A DNA stretch of 64,000 nucleotides from Flavobacteriales bacterium CG_4_9_14_3_um_filter_40_17. GTDB taxonomy: Bacteria > Bacteroidota > Bacteroidia > Flavobacteriales > Flavobacteriaceae. Below, one piece after another: positions 44,793 to 55,387 of the stretch. Location of the stretch: assembly GCA_002790195.1 (NCBI GenBank), contig PFUR01000086.1, positions 135-64,134 of the forward strand. Reading direction: 5' to 3'. Position 1 is the first letter of the stretch, and each line of letters begins with the position of its first letter. The notes under the pieces are model-generated. The model was not told where the DNA came from and searched no databases. It saw only the letters and a list, made by a program, of their open reading frames with translations. A program made the translations under genes and the position numbers.

Positions 44793-46703
44793 TTAACTAA
44801 TCCGCCCGTTCTTGATTTCCTCTACCACTTCCGGATTCAGGAGGGTAGAAATATCGCCGAAATTGGAAAAATCACCCTCAGCAATCTTTCGAAGAATGCG
44901 CCGCATAATTTTTCCGGAACGTGTTTTGGGCAACCCAGAGACAAACTGGATTTTATCCAACTTGGCAATTGGACCGATGTGGTCTGAGATTAATTGGTTA
45001 ATTTCTTTGCTTAAATTTTCGCGAACCCGGCTTTCCCCTTCTTCTTTCAGGATAACAAAACCGTACAAGGCATTTCCTTTCACATCGTGCGAAAACCCGA
45101 CGATGGCCGATTCTGCTACTGCCGGATGCTCGTTGATGGCATCTTCTATCGGAGCCGTGCCCAAGTTGTGGCCGGACACGATAATCACATCATCCACCCG
45201 CCCCGTGATGCGGTAATAACCCACTTCATCACGAAGTGCGCCGTCGCCGGTGAAATATTTTCCCGGGAATGCCTTAAAATAGGTCTCTTTATAGCGTTGA
45301 TGATCGCCCCAAATAGTCCGCGCTATCGATGGCCACGGAAATTTGATGCATAAACTTCCCGAGGAAAGATTGCCTTCTACTTCGTTTCTGCGTTCATCCA
45401 TCAAAACAGGTTGAATGCCCGGCAGGGGCAGTGTGGCGTAAGTTGGTTTGGTTGGGGTGACAAATGGGATGGGCGAAATCAAAATACCGCCGGTTTCGGT
45501 TTGCCACCAAGTGTCCACAATCGGACAGTTTTTTTTACCTATATGGTCGTTATACCAGTGCCAAGCTTCCTCATTGATAGGTTCTCCTACTGTTCCAAGA
45601 AGTTTTAAAGAAGAAAGGTCGTGCTTTTCTACATAAGAAACATTTTCTTTTGCCAATGCCCGAATGGCAGTTGGAGCTGTATAAAATTGATTGACTTTGT
45701 GTTTTTCAACTACTTCCCAAAAGCGTCCAAAATCTGGATAGGAGGGAATACCTTCAAACATAAGTGTGGTGGCTCCGTTCAGAAGTGGACCGTAAACAAT
45801 GTAGGAATGCCCTGTAATCCAACCGATGTCTGCAGTGCACCAAAAAACATCGTTTTCCTCATACTGAAAAATATTTTTGAAGGTATAAGCTGTGTAAACC
45901 ATATAGCCACCTGTGGTATGCATCATTCCTTTGGGTTTTCCTGTCGAGCCGGAAGTGTAGAGAATAAAAAGCGGGTCTTCCGCATCCATGATTTCTGCCA
46001 CATGGTCGGCCAAAGCATTTTCCATCAGGGGTGCGAGCCAAAAATCACGCCCCGGTTTCATTTCGACCGTTGTGTTTGTTCTTTTAACAACCAACACTTT
46101 CTCAACACAAGGGCATTTATCCAAAGCATTGTTTACAATTGTTTTCAAATCTATGGTCTTGTCGCCTCTGAATCCGCCGTCGGAAGTGATGACCATTTTA
46201 CAGTCGGAATCGTTGATGCGAGTTGTGAGCGCGCTGGCAGAAAATCCGGCAAAAACGACGGAATGAATGGCGCCGATTCGCGCGCAGGCTAAAACGGATA
46301 TGGCTAGTTCGGGAATCATCGGTAAATAGATGCAAACGCGATCACCTTTTCGGATGCCTTGTTCTTTCAGTACATTGGACAATTTGCAGACTCGTTCATA
46401 CAAGTCTAAGTAAGTAATGTGTTGCGCGGGTTCGTTTGGATTGTTGGGCTCAAAAATGATGGCGGTTTTGTTTCCTCGCTTGGAAAGATGCCGGTCTATA
46501 CAGTTTTTGGTGATGTTGAGTTTGGCATTCAGAAACCATTTGATGCTTGCTTCGGTCATGTCATACGCGAGTACTTTGTTCCATTTTTGGTACCAAACAA
46601 AATTTTCTTCAGCTATTTTGTTCCAGAATTTCTCCGGATTTTGGACGGATTTTTTGTATTGTTTGAAGTATTGCTCTAAGTTTTTGATACTGTAAGATTT
46701 CAT
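44793..46703 (-). CDS. acs: Acetyl-CoA synthetase (AMP-forming)
   Basis: Start MKSYSIKNLEQYFKQYKKS (ATG at 46703). AMP-binding motif YTSGSTGKPKG, WWQTETGG, YFTGDGA, GRVDDVI, and the C-terminal PKTRSGKIMRR. Confidence 0.95.
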   Translation of the reverse strand: MKSYSIKNLEQYFKQYKKSVQNPEKFWNKIAEENFVWYQKWNKVLAYDMTEASIKWFLNAKLNITKNCIDRHLSKRGNKTAIIFEPNNPNEPAQHITYLDLYERVCKLSNVLKEQGIRKGDRVCIYLPMIPELAISVLACARIGAIHSVVFAGFSASALTTRINDSDCKMVITSDGGFRGDKTIDLKTIVNNALDKCPCVEKVLVVKRTNTTVEMKPGRDFWLAPLMENALADHVAEIMDAEDPLFILYTSGSTGKPKGMMHTTGGYMVYTAYTFKNIFQYEENDVFWCTADIGWITGHSYIVYGPLLNGATTLMFEGIPSYPDFGRFWEVVEKHKVNQFYTAPTAIRALAKENVSYVEKHDLSSLKLLGTVGEPINEEAWHWYNDHIGKKNCPIVDTWWQTETGGILISPIPFVTPTKPTYATLPLPGIQPVLMDERRNEVEGNLSSGSLCIKFPWPSIARTIWGDHQRYKETYFKAFPGKYFTGDGALRDEVGYYRITGRVDDVIIVSGHNLGTAPIEDAINEHPAVAESAIVGFSHDVKGNALYGFVILKEEGESRVRENLSKEINQLISDHIGPIAKLDKIQFVSGLPKTRSGKIMRRILRKIAEGDFSNFGDISTLLNPEVVEEIKNGRIS

Positions 46704-46711
46704 TGTACGAG

Positions 46712-46747
46712 ATAATTTTAGGTTCGTTTGCTGCGTCCTAAAATTAT
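46712..46747 (-). promoter_or_regulatory. Perfect 11-bp-stem hairpin immediately 5' of the acs start codon
   Basis: ataattttagg (46712-46722) pairs with cctaaaattat (46737-46747) across a 14-nt loop. On the minus strand the hairpin ends 8 nt before the ATG at 46703. A third copy of TAATTTTAGG lies at 46819-46828. Confidence 0.35.
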
Positions 46748-46959
46748 AAAAAAAAACTGATTTAGCTAATAGGAGCTTTGCAAGTAAGTTAAATGGTTTC
46801 AAAGCTTATATTTCAACTTAATTTTAGGCCTCAAAAATTTCAAAAACCTTATGAAGCCTGTTTCTTTTTGGATTCAAATGAAAATGAACATAACATTTTG
46901 GAATGCTCATTAGAAATCTTTTTTTAAGTTTAAAAGTTTCTATTTAAGCTGTTTTCGTC

Positions 46960-48423
46960 CTAAATCCGAGGCAAGTCACCTTTCCCTTTAGTTGGCAACA
47001 AAGATTTTCCCATCAGGTATTTGTCCGCGTGGTAGGCGGCTTCCCTACCTTCAGAAATTGCCCAAACAATGAGCGATTGGCCTCTTCGGGTGTCTCCGGC
47101 AGCAAATATGTGCGGAACATTGGTCTGATAGCTATTCTCTTGCGCATCGATGTTTGTCCGGGAATCCAAGCGGACTCCTAACTGTTCGGGTAGGTTGTTT
47201 TCCGAGCCGGTAAATCCGAGGGCGAGAACAACCAAATCGCACGGAAATTCTTTGGCGGTACCGGGAACTTCACGAAGTTGTGGCCTTTCTCCGGGTTTGC
47301 ATATCCATTCTACTTCGGTGGTTATAAGCCCAATCACGTTATTTTGTTTGTCACCGATAAATTCTTTGGTCGAGATACTCCAAAATCGATTGACACCTTC
47401 TTTGTGTGAGGAAGTCGTGCGAAGCCGCATCGGATAATAGGGCCAAGGTTGGTCTTCCGGGCGCGCTTCTGTTCCGCGAGACATGATTTCAAAATTGGTA
47501 ACCGACAGCGCACCTTGTCTGTTTGACGTTCCGATACAATCCGACCCGGTATCACCTCCACCAATCACGATGACGTGTTTTCCTTTGGCAGAAATGGCTT
47601 CGCCTTCAAATTCTGCACCTTCTACACGTTTGTTTTGTTGTTTCAAAAAATCCATCGCCTGCACGATACCTTTGAGTTTATTGCCTTTGATGGGCAAGTC
47701 ACGCCTGACAGTAGCTCCCGTACTCAATACGATTGCATCGAAAGAGTCCAATTCAGACACGGAAATATGTTTTCCCACTTCGGCATTCGTCCTGAAAACG
47801 ATTCCTTCTTGTTTCATAATAGCCACGCGTCTGTCGATGACGATTTTTTCCATTTTAAAATCGGGAATTCCATATCGCAACAAGCCACCTACACGTGAAT
47901 CTCTTTCAAAAACGGTTACCCAATGCCCGGCTCTGTTCAATTGTTGTGCAGCGGCCAACCCGGAAGGGCCGGAGCCAATCACGGCAACTTTTTTTCCGGT
48001 GCGGTGTGTGGGCGGATTGGCAACTATCCAACCTTCCTTGAAGCCTCTCTCAACAATGCTTTTTTCGATGTTTTCAATGCTCACAGGATCTTCATTGATG
48101 CCTAAAACGCAGGCTTCTTCGCAAGGTGCAGGGCACAACCTGCCAGTGAATTCGGGAAAATTGTTGGTTGAATGAAGCACTGCTAACGCATCTTTCCAAC
48201 GGCCTCTATAGACCAAATCGTTGAAATCTGGGATCAGATTACCCAACGGGCATCCGCTGTGGCAAAACGGTATGCCACAATCCATGCATCTTGCGCCTTG
48301 ATTTTTTAATTTAGTTTCGTCAAGCGGAAGGGTAAATTCTTTATAGGCTTTGACGCGTTCTTCGACGGGTTTGTAGGCTTCTATTTCTCTTGGAAATTCC
48401 AAAAAACCGGTTGCTTTTCCCAT
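46960..48423 (-). CDS. gltD: Glutamate synthase small (NADPH) subunit
   Basis: 487 aa. Fe-S Cys clusters (CMDCGIPFCHSGCPLGN, CPAPCEEAC) and two Rossmann motifs (VAVIGSGPSGLAAA, VIVIGGGDTGSDC). Confidence 0.95.
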   Translation of the reverse strand: MGKATGFLEFPREIEAYKPVEERVKAYKEFTLPLDETKLKNQGARCMDCGIPFCHSGCPLGNLIPDFNDLVYRGRWKDALAVLHSTNNFPEFTGRLCPAPCEEACVLGINEDPVSIENIEKSIVERGFKEGWIVANPPTHRTGKKVAVIGSGPSGLAAAQQLNRAGHWVTVFERDSRVGGLLRYGIPDFKMEKIVIDRRVAIMKQEGIVFRTNAEVGKHISVSELDSFDAIVLSTGATVRRDLPIKGNKLKGIVQAMDFLKQQNKRVEGAEFEGEAISAKGKHVIVIGGGDTGSDCIGTSNRQGALSVTNFEIMSRGTEARPEDQPWPYYPMRLRTTSSHKEGVNRFWSISTKEFIGDKQNNVIGLITTEVEWICKPGERPQLREVPGTAKEFPCDLVVLALGFTGSENNLPEQLGVRLDSRTNIDAQENSYQTNVPHIFAAGDTRRGQSLIVWAISEGREAAYHADKYLMGKSLLPTKGKGDLPRI

Positions 48424-48427
48424 AATA

Positions 48428-51400
48428 TTATTGGCTTATAGCGGTTTCTAATGATTCTTTTTTAATTCGTTCCAATGCTTTTTTGTATTCAAAAGGCATT
48501 ACTTTCACAAAATTTATCAAGCTGTTTTCCCATTGTTCCAAGATGCGGTAAGCCAACGGACTGTTTGTGAAATTATAATGATTTTCGATTAATTCCTTGA
48601 GTTGTAATTGATCTTCGCCTTCGGTGATTTCTTCCAAAGCGACACTTTCGAGGTTGCATTTATCGATAAATTTACCATTCGGATTGAATACGTAAGCGAC
48701 ACCGCCGCTCATACCGGCCGCAAAATTCCGGCCTGTTTTTCCGAGTATGACAGTAATACCTCCGGTCATGTACTCGCAACCGTGGTCGCCGATACCTTCT
48801 ACAACTGCTTTGGCTCCTGAGTTTCGTACACAGAAACGCTCGCCTGCAACGCCGTTGATGTATACTTCTCCATCTATGGCTCCGTAAAGAGCTACATTCC
48901 CAATGATGATGTTTTCTTCGGGTTTGAAAGTGGTTTCGTCCGGAACCTTGATGATAACCCTCGCTCCGGAAAGCCCTTTTGCCAGATAGTCATTGGTATT
49001 TCCTTCAACTTTAAGTGTCAGACCTTTGGTGGCAAATGCGGCAAAACTTTGGCCGGCAGCCCCTTTGAAATTGATTTTCAAGGTATTGTCAGGAAGCCCT
49101 TGCGCACCGTAAATTTTTGAAATTTCGTTGCTCAAAATTGCGCCGACTGCTCGGTCAGTATTGTGTATTGGGTAATCGAGCACCATTTTTTCTTTACGGA
49201 AAAGTGCCAAATGTGCTTGGCTGATGATTTTAAAATCGATGGCATCCTCGAGGTGATGTTCTTGCTTTTGGGTGTTGAAAACTGCCACGCCCTCCGGAGT
49301 GTCAATTTTTTTGAGGATAGGAGTCAAGTTCAGTCCTTTTGCCTTGAAATGACTGATGGCTTTCCGTGTGTTTATTTTATGTACTTGACCAATCATCTCG
49401 TTGATGGTCCTGAAACCAAGTTGAGCCATGATAGTCCTGAGTTCTTCGGCGACGAAGTACATGAAATTAACCACGTGTTCAGGTTTACCCTCAAATTTTT
49501 TGCGCAGTTCGGGATTTTGTGTGGCAATACCAACCGGGCAAGTATTCAAATGGCAGACACGCATCATGATGCAGCCCGAAGCGACCAACGGTGCGGTTGC
49601 AAAACCGAATTCTTCAGCACCCAAAAGGCAAGCGATGGCTACATCACGCCCTGTCTTGAGTTGTCCGTCACATTCGAGTACGACACGGCTTCTTAAATCG
49701 TTCATTACCAAAGTTTGTTGAGCTTCGGCTATTCCTAACTCCCAGGGGAGGCCGGCATGCTTCAGGGAAGTTAATGGTGAGGCTCCGGTTCCGCCATCGT
49801 ATCCGGATACCAAAATGACATCGGCCTTGGCTTTGGCTACACCCGCGGCGACCGTACCAACACCAACCTCCGAAACTAATTTTACGTTTATACGAGCTTC
49901 GCGATTGGCATTTTTTAAATCAAAAATGAGTTGGGCCAAATCTTCAATAGAATAAATATCGTGATGAGGTGGCGGTGATATCAAACCGACATAGGGCGTG
50001 GAATTCCTAACTTTGGCTATCCAAGGATATACTTTTTCTCCGGGCAATTGACCGCCTTCACCCGGTTTGGCTCCTTGTGCCATTTTGATTTGTATCTCAG
50101 AGGCATTTGTCAAATAATTAATCGAAACCCCAAATCGTCCGGAAGCTACTTGTTTGATGGCACTGTTTTTCCAATCGCCGTCGGCATCTTTGTAAAATCG
50201 TTGTGGGTCTTCCCCGCCTTCACCCGAATTGCTTTTCCCGCCGATGCGGTTCATGGCAATGGCAAGGTTTTCGTGTGCTTCACTGCTGATAGAACCATAG
50301 GACATCGCTCCGGTTTTGAATCTTTTGACTATTTCTGTCCACGGTTCTACTTCTACAATCGGAATCGGATCGAAGTTGGTAAATTCAAACATACCCCGGA
50401 GTGTCATCAATTCTTTGCTCTGGTTGTTGACTAATTCGGCATATTCTTGATAGGTTTTCGGATTATTTTGCCGGACAGCTTGCTGCAGTTTGGCAACCGT
50501 TAGCGGGTTGAACATGTGCCGCTCGCCGTTACGCCGCCATTTGTAATCGCCACCAATTTCCAGATTAAGATTGCTGGCGACATCGTTTAGTTGAAAAGCG
50601 CGTCGGTGTCTTTGTGCAATTTCTTTTTCTAGTTCATACAAGCCGATGCCTTCTATTCGAGATGGTGTGTTGGGAAAATATTTATCAATCACGCTTTTGT
50701 TGACTCCGATACATTCGAAAAGTTGGGAACCCCGATAGGAGTTGAGTGTTGAAATACCGATTTTATTCATCACTTTAACAACACCCAATCCTACGGCTTT
50801 GTTGAAATTTTTAATGGCATATTCTTCTTCTACTTCGGTCAGGACTTTTTCTTTGATTTGCTCACGAATAATCTCGTTGACCATGTAGGGATTGACAGCA
50901 CTTGCGCCATAACCAAAAAGCAAGGCAAAATGGTGCACTTCTCTTGGTTCGGCAGATTCGACGATGATGGCAATTTTTGAACGTTTGCCAAATTTTTTGA
51001 GTGCGCTGTGAATATGCGAACAGGATAATAATGCCGGTATGGGGGCAAACTCTTCTGAAACGCCGCGGTCTGACAAAATCAGGATGGTGTAGCCTTCGTC
51101 GATGGCTTTGGATGCTTGTTGTGCGATGTCTTCGAGGGCGTTTTCCAAACCGTTTAATCCTTGGGCTATTGGATAGAGCGTTTTGATGCTCTTGGTTTTG
51201 ATGTAGCCGTTGTCAAAACTTTTTATTTTTTCTAAATCTTCCCGCGAAATAACCGGGTTTTGAATTTTTAAACGACGGGCGTGTTTTTCGTCAATCTCGA
51301 AAATATTGAAATCACTTCCCAAAGTCAGGCTGATGTCGGTGATGATTTCTTCTCGGATACCATCGAGTGGCGGGTTGGTCACTTGTGCAAACAGTTGTTT

Positions 51401-52942
51401 GAAATAGTTGTAGATGAGCTGAGGACGATCTGACAAAACAGCAAGCGGTGTGTCGGTTCCCATCGATCCAATGGCTTCTTTACCGAATTTAGCCATCGGA
51501 TTGATGATCGTATTGACATCTTCAACAGTGTATCCAAATATTCTTTTGCGTACATCGATGGATTCTGTTTCCTGAAAAATAGGGCAATTGGTGTAGGGGA
51601 TGTTTCGCAGGTGAATGAGATTTTTATCAATCCATTGTTGATAAGGGCGCTGCGATACAATCCGGTTTTTGATTTCGTCATCGTTGATGATTCTTCCGGC
51701 ATTCATGTCCACCAAAAACATTCTACCCGGTTCGAGCCGGCCGTGTGATTCGATGTTTTTAGGTTCGATGTCCACCACGCCGGTTTCGGAAGACATGATG
51801 ACATAGCCGTCTTTGGTAACGGTGTATCGCGAAGGGCGCAACCCGTTTCTGTCTAACAACGCACCAATGTAGTTACCGTCTGTAAATGGAATGGAGGCAG
51901 GCCCGTCCCAAGGCTCCATCAAGCAAGAATTAAATTCGTAGAAAGCTTTTTTCTCCGGCGACATTTCTTTGTGTTTTTCCCATGCTTCGGGTATCAACAT
52001 CATCATGGCTTCGGGCAATGAACGCCCGGTCATCAAAAGCAGTTCGACCACGTTGTCCATACAGGCGGAGTCTGATTTACCTTCGATGACAATAGGCAAT
52101 ATTTTTTTGATTTCCTCACCGAATAACCCGGATTTGAGTAATTCTTCGCGAGCTCGCATACGAGAAACGTTTCCACGCAGCGTATTGATTTCTCCATTGT
52201 GGCACATATACCGGAAAGGTTGTGCCAAATCCCAAGTTGGAAACGTGTTGGTTGAGAAACGTTGGTGTACCAAGGCAAGCCTTGTGACCACATCCGGATG
52301 CATCAAATCGGTATAATACAGTTTGATGTCTTTCGGTTTCAACAAGCCTTTGAAAATGATGGTTTTGGTGGAAAGGGTAGGGAGATAGAAAAATGAACTT
52401 TCCGATAGTTTCGATTCACGAATGGTGTTTTCGGTGAGTTTACGGACAATATAGAGCTTGACCATAAACTCGTATTCGTTCAATTTGGATTGTCCTTTAC
52501 CAATAAAAATCTGTTCGATATCCGGCTCCGATTCGGCGGCTATCCGGCCAATGTTTTGCGAATCAACCGGTACTTTTCTCCAGCCCAATAATTCGAGGCC
52601 GAATTTTTGTATATTTTCAGAAAAGATGTCTTTGCAATATTTCTTTTGATTGTCTTTTTTTGGAAGAAATACATTTCCTGCCGCATATTCATTGGGTTCA
52701 GGAATGTGAATACCGGCACAGTTTTTCTTAAAAAATTCGTGGGGGATATCAATGAGGATTCCGGCTCCGTCACCGGTGCGGCCATCTGCGCTGACAGCAC
52801 CGCGATGCTCGAGTTTTTCGAGAATTTCGAGTGCTTTGTGTATGACTTCATTCGACTTTTCTCCTTTCAGGCTGCATATAAATCCTGCCCCACAATTGTC
52901 ATGCTCAAATTCGGGTAAATAAAGTCCTTGTTGCTTCAACAT
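48428..52942 (-). CDS. gltB: Glutamate synthase large subunit
   Basis: 1504 aa. N-terminal Ntn amidotransferase start (HDNCGAGFI), the FMN/3Fe-4S region (..[13 protein letters not shown]..) and a C-terminal GXGXG beta-helix domain ([19 protein letters not shown]). Confidence 0.97.
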   Translation of the reverse strand: MLKQQGLYLPEFEHDNCGAGFICSLKGEKSNEVIHKALEILEKLEHRGAVSADGRTGDGAGILIDIPHEFFKKNCAGIHIPEPNEYAAGNVFLPKKDNQKKYCKDIFSENIQKFGLELLGWRKVPVDSQNIGRIAAESEPDIEQIFIGKGQSKLNEYEFMVKLYIVRKLTENTIRESKLSESSFFYLPTLSTKTIIFKGLLKPKDIKLYYTDLMHPDVVTRLALVHQRFSTNTFPTWDLAQPFRYMCHNGEINTLRGNVSRMRAREELLKSGLFGEEIKKILPIVIEGKSDSACMDNVVELLLMTGRSLPEAMMMLIPEAWEKHKEMSPEKKAFYEFNSCLMEPWDGPASIPFTDGNYIGALLDRNGLRPSRYTVTKDGYVIMSSETGVVDIEPKNIESHGRLEPGRMFLVDMNAGRIINDDEIKNRIVSQRPYQQWIDKNLIHLRNIPYTNCPIFQETESIDVRKRIFGYTVEDVNTIINPMAKFGKEAIGSMGTDTPLAVLSDRPQLIYNYFKQLFAQVTNPPLDGIREEIITDISLTLGSDFNIFEIDEKHARRLKIQNPVISREDLEKIKSFDNGYIKTKSIKTLYPIAQGLNGLENALEDIAQQASKAIDEGYTILILSDRGVSEEFAPIPALLSCSHIHSALKKFGKRSKIAIIVESAEPREVHHFALLFGYGASAVNPYMVNEIIREQIKEKVLTEVEEEYAIKNFNKAVGLGVVKVMNKIGISTLNSYRGSQLFECIGVNKSVIDKYFPNTPSRIEGIGLYELEKEIAQRHRRAFQLNDVASNLNLEIGGDYKWRRNGERHMFNPLTVAKLQQAVRQNNPKTYQEYAELVNNQSKELMTLRGMFEFTNFDPIPIVEVEPWTEIVKRFKTGAMSYGSISSEAHENLAIAMNRIGGKSNSGEGGEDPQRFYKDADGDWKNSAIKQVASGRFGVSINYLTNASEIQIKMAQGAKPGEGGQLPGEKVYPWIAKVRNSTPYVGLISPPPHHDIYSIEDLAQLIFDLKNANREARINVKLVSEVGVGTVAAGVAKAKADVILVSGYDGGTGASPLTSLKHAGLPWELGIAEAQQTLVMNDLRSRVVLECDGQLKTGRDVAIACLLGAEEFGFATAPLVASGCIMMRVCHLNTCPVGIATQNPELRKKFEGKPEHVVNFMYFVAEELRTIMAQLGFRTINEMIGQVHKINTRKAISHFKAKGLNLTPILKKIDTPEGVAVFNTQKQEHHLEDAIDFKIISQAHLALFRKEKMVLDYPIHNTDRAVGAILSNEISKIYGAQGLPDNTLKINFKGAAGQSFAAFATKGLTLKVEGNTNDYLAKGLSGARVIIKVPDETTFKPEENIIIGNVALYGAIDGEVYINGVAGERFCVRNSGAKAVVEGIGDHGCEYMTGGITVILGKTGRNFAAGMSGGVAYVFNPNGKFIDKCNLESVALEEITEGEDQLQLKELIENHYNFTNSPLAYRILEQWENSLINFVKVMPFEYKKALERIKKESLETAISQ

Positions 52943-53193
52943 AAAATGTAATATTTGAAAAGAATGTTTGCAAAATTACTTAACAATGACAAAAAAATAT
53001 AGGTTTTATTTAACTTTAACCCACATTTTCATTAAACTTTAAAATTGATGTTTTTTATTGACAGATTCACAATTTTATTGGTGATGGATGGGAATTTATT
53101 AAAATGTGAAATCAATTTAGTATAGTATTGGGATAATATTGAAAAGTTATACAAATTGAATTTTAAACAATATGTTGTAAAACACAAAAATTG

Positions 53194-54519
53194 TTATGAT
53201 AATTTTCTTAAAGAATTGGGAATTCTAAGCAGTAAAATAATGCCGATTATAAAAAAACTAATTAAAAAGAGGATAGAATTTCGCATGCTGCCGGTAATTT
53301 GAGAAACATAACCATACATAAACATCCCGATGACTATGCCAATTTTTTCGGTAACGTCGTAAAAACTAAAAAAGGAAGCGGTGTCTTGAGTTTGTGGCAG
53401 TAGTTTCGAATAGGTTGAGCGCGAAAGCGATTGTATTCCTCCCATGACTAAGCCTACGCAAGATGCTGCGATATAGAATTGTACTGGTTTGGTCATGTAA
53501 AAGGCGTAAAGGCATACTAGAGCCCAAAGAATATTTAACACCAATAATGTGGTGATGTTTCCGAATTTTTTTGAGGAATAGGCGGTTAGTTTTGCGCCAC
53601 CAGCTGCCACCAATTGTATCAGTAAGATGCTAACTATCAATCCTTTTGTTGCGCTTTGCCCAGACCAATCGATTTCTTCCATACCGAAATAAGTTGCTAC
53701 AATCATCACGGTTTGTACGGCCATGCTATACACAAAAAAAGCTAATAAATAGCGTTTTAGGTATTCGTTTTTTAACAGTTGATGATATACTTTTTTCATT
53801 TCCCTGAATCCGTTAAACAAAACATCTTTCGGCACGCGCTTGATTTTGTTGCCTTTGGGCAGGAAATGGAGTGAATACTGGCTGAAACCAATCCACCAAA
53901 TCCCGACCAAGATGAAGGAAATACGCGTGGGTTTTCCTTCATCCGGAAACCCGAACCAAGTGTGTTTCATAATTAAGATTAGGCACAAGATCAGCAAAAT
54001 AACACTTCCGAGATAACCTAAGATGTACCCTTTGGCGCTCAGGTAGTCTTGTCCTTCTTTCTCAACTATATCTGGCAGGTAAGAATTATAAAACACCAAG
54101 CTTCCCCAAAAACCTATCAATGCCAGCAGGTAACTGATGATTCCGAAGAGGAGGTTGTCCAATGAAAACCAATATAATCCGATACAGGAAATGGCTCCCA
54201 AAAAACAGAAAAACCGCAGAAAGGCTTTTTTATTTCCGATGTAATCTGAAATTCCGGACAAAAAAGGAGAAATAAGGGCTACAACCAAAAAACCGATTGA
54301 AGTGACATAACTAATGAGCGCATCGTTGTTAAAGGAGGTTCCTAGAAAAATTACGGTATCGCTTATTTTGTTGCCATCAGCATCTCTGATAATAGTCAAA
54401 GCCCCGTAGAAAATTGGAAAGATAGCGGAGGCTATCACTAAACTGTAAACAGAATTTGCCCAATCGTAAAAAGCCCATGCATTTAATAATTTTGGATGGC
54501 CTTTTGGGAGTTGCTCCAT
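53194..54519 (-). CDS. MFS transporter (UMF1/Atg22-like family)
   Basis: 441 aa with ~12 TM helices. The N-terminus AWAFYDWANSVYSLVI is typical of the UMF1 family. Confidence 0.75.
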   Translation of the reverse strand: MEQLPKGHPKLLNAWAFYDWANSVYSLVIASAIFPIFYGALTIIRDADGNKISDTVIFLGTSFNNDALISYVTSIGFLVVALISPFLSGISDYIGNKKAFLRFFCFLGAISCIGLYWFSLDNLLFGIISYLLALIGFWGSLVFYNSYLPDIVEKEGQDYLSAKGYILGYLGSVILLILCLILIMKHTWFGFPDEGKPTRISFILVGIWWIGFSQYSLHFLPKGNKIKRVPKDVLFNGFREMKKVYHQLLKNEYLKRYLLAFFVYSMAVQTVMIVATYFGMEEIDWSGQSATKGLIVSILLIQLVAAGGAKLTAYSSKKFGNITTLLVLNILWALVCLYAFYMTKPVQFYIAASCVGLVMGGIQSLSRSTYSKLLPQTQDTASFFSFYDVTEKIGIVIGMFMYGYVSQITGSMRNSILFLISFFIIGIILLLRIPNSLRKLS

Positions 54520-54527
54520 GTGTCAAA

Positions 54528-55340
54528 TCAGTTAAATTTCACACCAAACTTAGCTGCTTCAGCTTTGGCTTGTGGAACGAGTTGCTTGAGATTGGCTATT
54601 CTTGTTCCGGCTGAAGGGTGTGTACTCAAAAATTCGGGAGGGGCTTGGCCACCACTTTTGGCCTCCATACGCAGCCAAAAACTGGCTGCTTCGTCCGGGT
54701 TATAACCCGCGATAGCCATGAGTGTCAGACCGATTGCATCTGCTTCGCTTTCATGTGATCGGCTGAATGGAAGCATAGCACCGTACTGTGAAGTTACACC
54801 ATATGCTTGCATCCAAAGCTCTTGCGACTCGGCAGATTTGCCACCTGTAGCAAGCGCAACGCCAACGGCACCCAATTGTTGTATGGTTCCGGCACTCATG
54901 CGTTGGGAACCGTGATTGGCTAAGGCGTGTGCGATTTCGTGTCCCATAACCGTAGCTATACCGGCATCGTTTTGCGTAATGGGCATGATGCCGGTGTAGA
55001 AGACCACTTTTCCACCGGGCATGGCAAAGGCATTTACTTGGTCACTATCGACCAAATTAAATTCCCATTTGTAGTCTTTCAAGTAACCAGGATAGCCATT
55101 TGCATCGAGATAGCGTTCGGAAGCCACGATGATTTTTTGTCCGACGCGTTTGATTTGATCCAGTTGGGGTGAAGTCTTAATAACTTTATTTTCAGACAAA
55201 AACTGGTTGTATTGCTGAAAGGATTGTGGAAAAACAGAATCATTAGAGTAAAAACTTAAAGTTTGTTTTCCGGTAAAAGGGTTGGTTGCGCAGGCAGCTG
55301 CTAAAAGGTATAGAAAAACTGCTGAAAATAAATTTTTCAT
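54528..55340 (-). CDS. M48-family metallopeptidase lipoprotein (LoiP/BepA-like, no TPR)
   Basis: 270 aa with signal AVFLYLLAAAC. Zinc motif HEIAH (VMGHEIAHALANH) and a downstream ESEADAIGL. Confidence 0.85.
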   Translation of the reverse strand: MKNLFSAVFLYLLAAACATNPFTGKQTLSFYSNDSVFPQSFQQYNQFLSENKVIKTSPQLDQIKRVGQKIIVASERYLDANGYPGYLKDYKWEFNLVDSDQVNAFAMPGGKVVFYTGIMPITQNDAGIATVMGHEIAHALANHGSQRMSAGTIQQLGAVGVALATGGKSAESQELWMQAYGVTSQYGAMLPFSRSHESEADAIGLTLMAIAGYNPDEAASFWLRMEAKSGGQAPPEFLSTHPSAGTRIANLKQLVPQAKAEAAKFGVKFN

Positions 55341-55387
55341 AATTTTAATTTTTATCCATTAAAATATTAAACTCAAAAGTTAACTTT

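Noticed and set aside
45621-46292. 223-aa plus-strand ORF antisense to acs, plus similar ORFs at 44812..45216 and 47483..48175 (antisense to gltD)
   Set aside because: These are Cys/Phe-rich shadow frames of highly conserved genes, with no independent support.
46712-46747. Hairpin interpreted as the gltD intrinsic terminator
   Set aside because: In the direction of transcription (minus strand) the U-run precedes the stem rather than following it. On the plus strand it is followed by an A-run. It does not fit a canonical terminator in either orientation.
46704-46802. 33-codon N-terminal extension of acs in the ORF track
   Set aside because: The extension (MKPFNLLAKLLLAKSVFFYNF..) is not part of known Acs N-termini and it contains the 11-bp hairpin. 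The conserved sequence starts at MKSYSIKNLEQYF.
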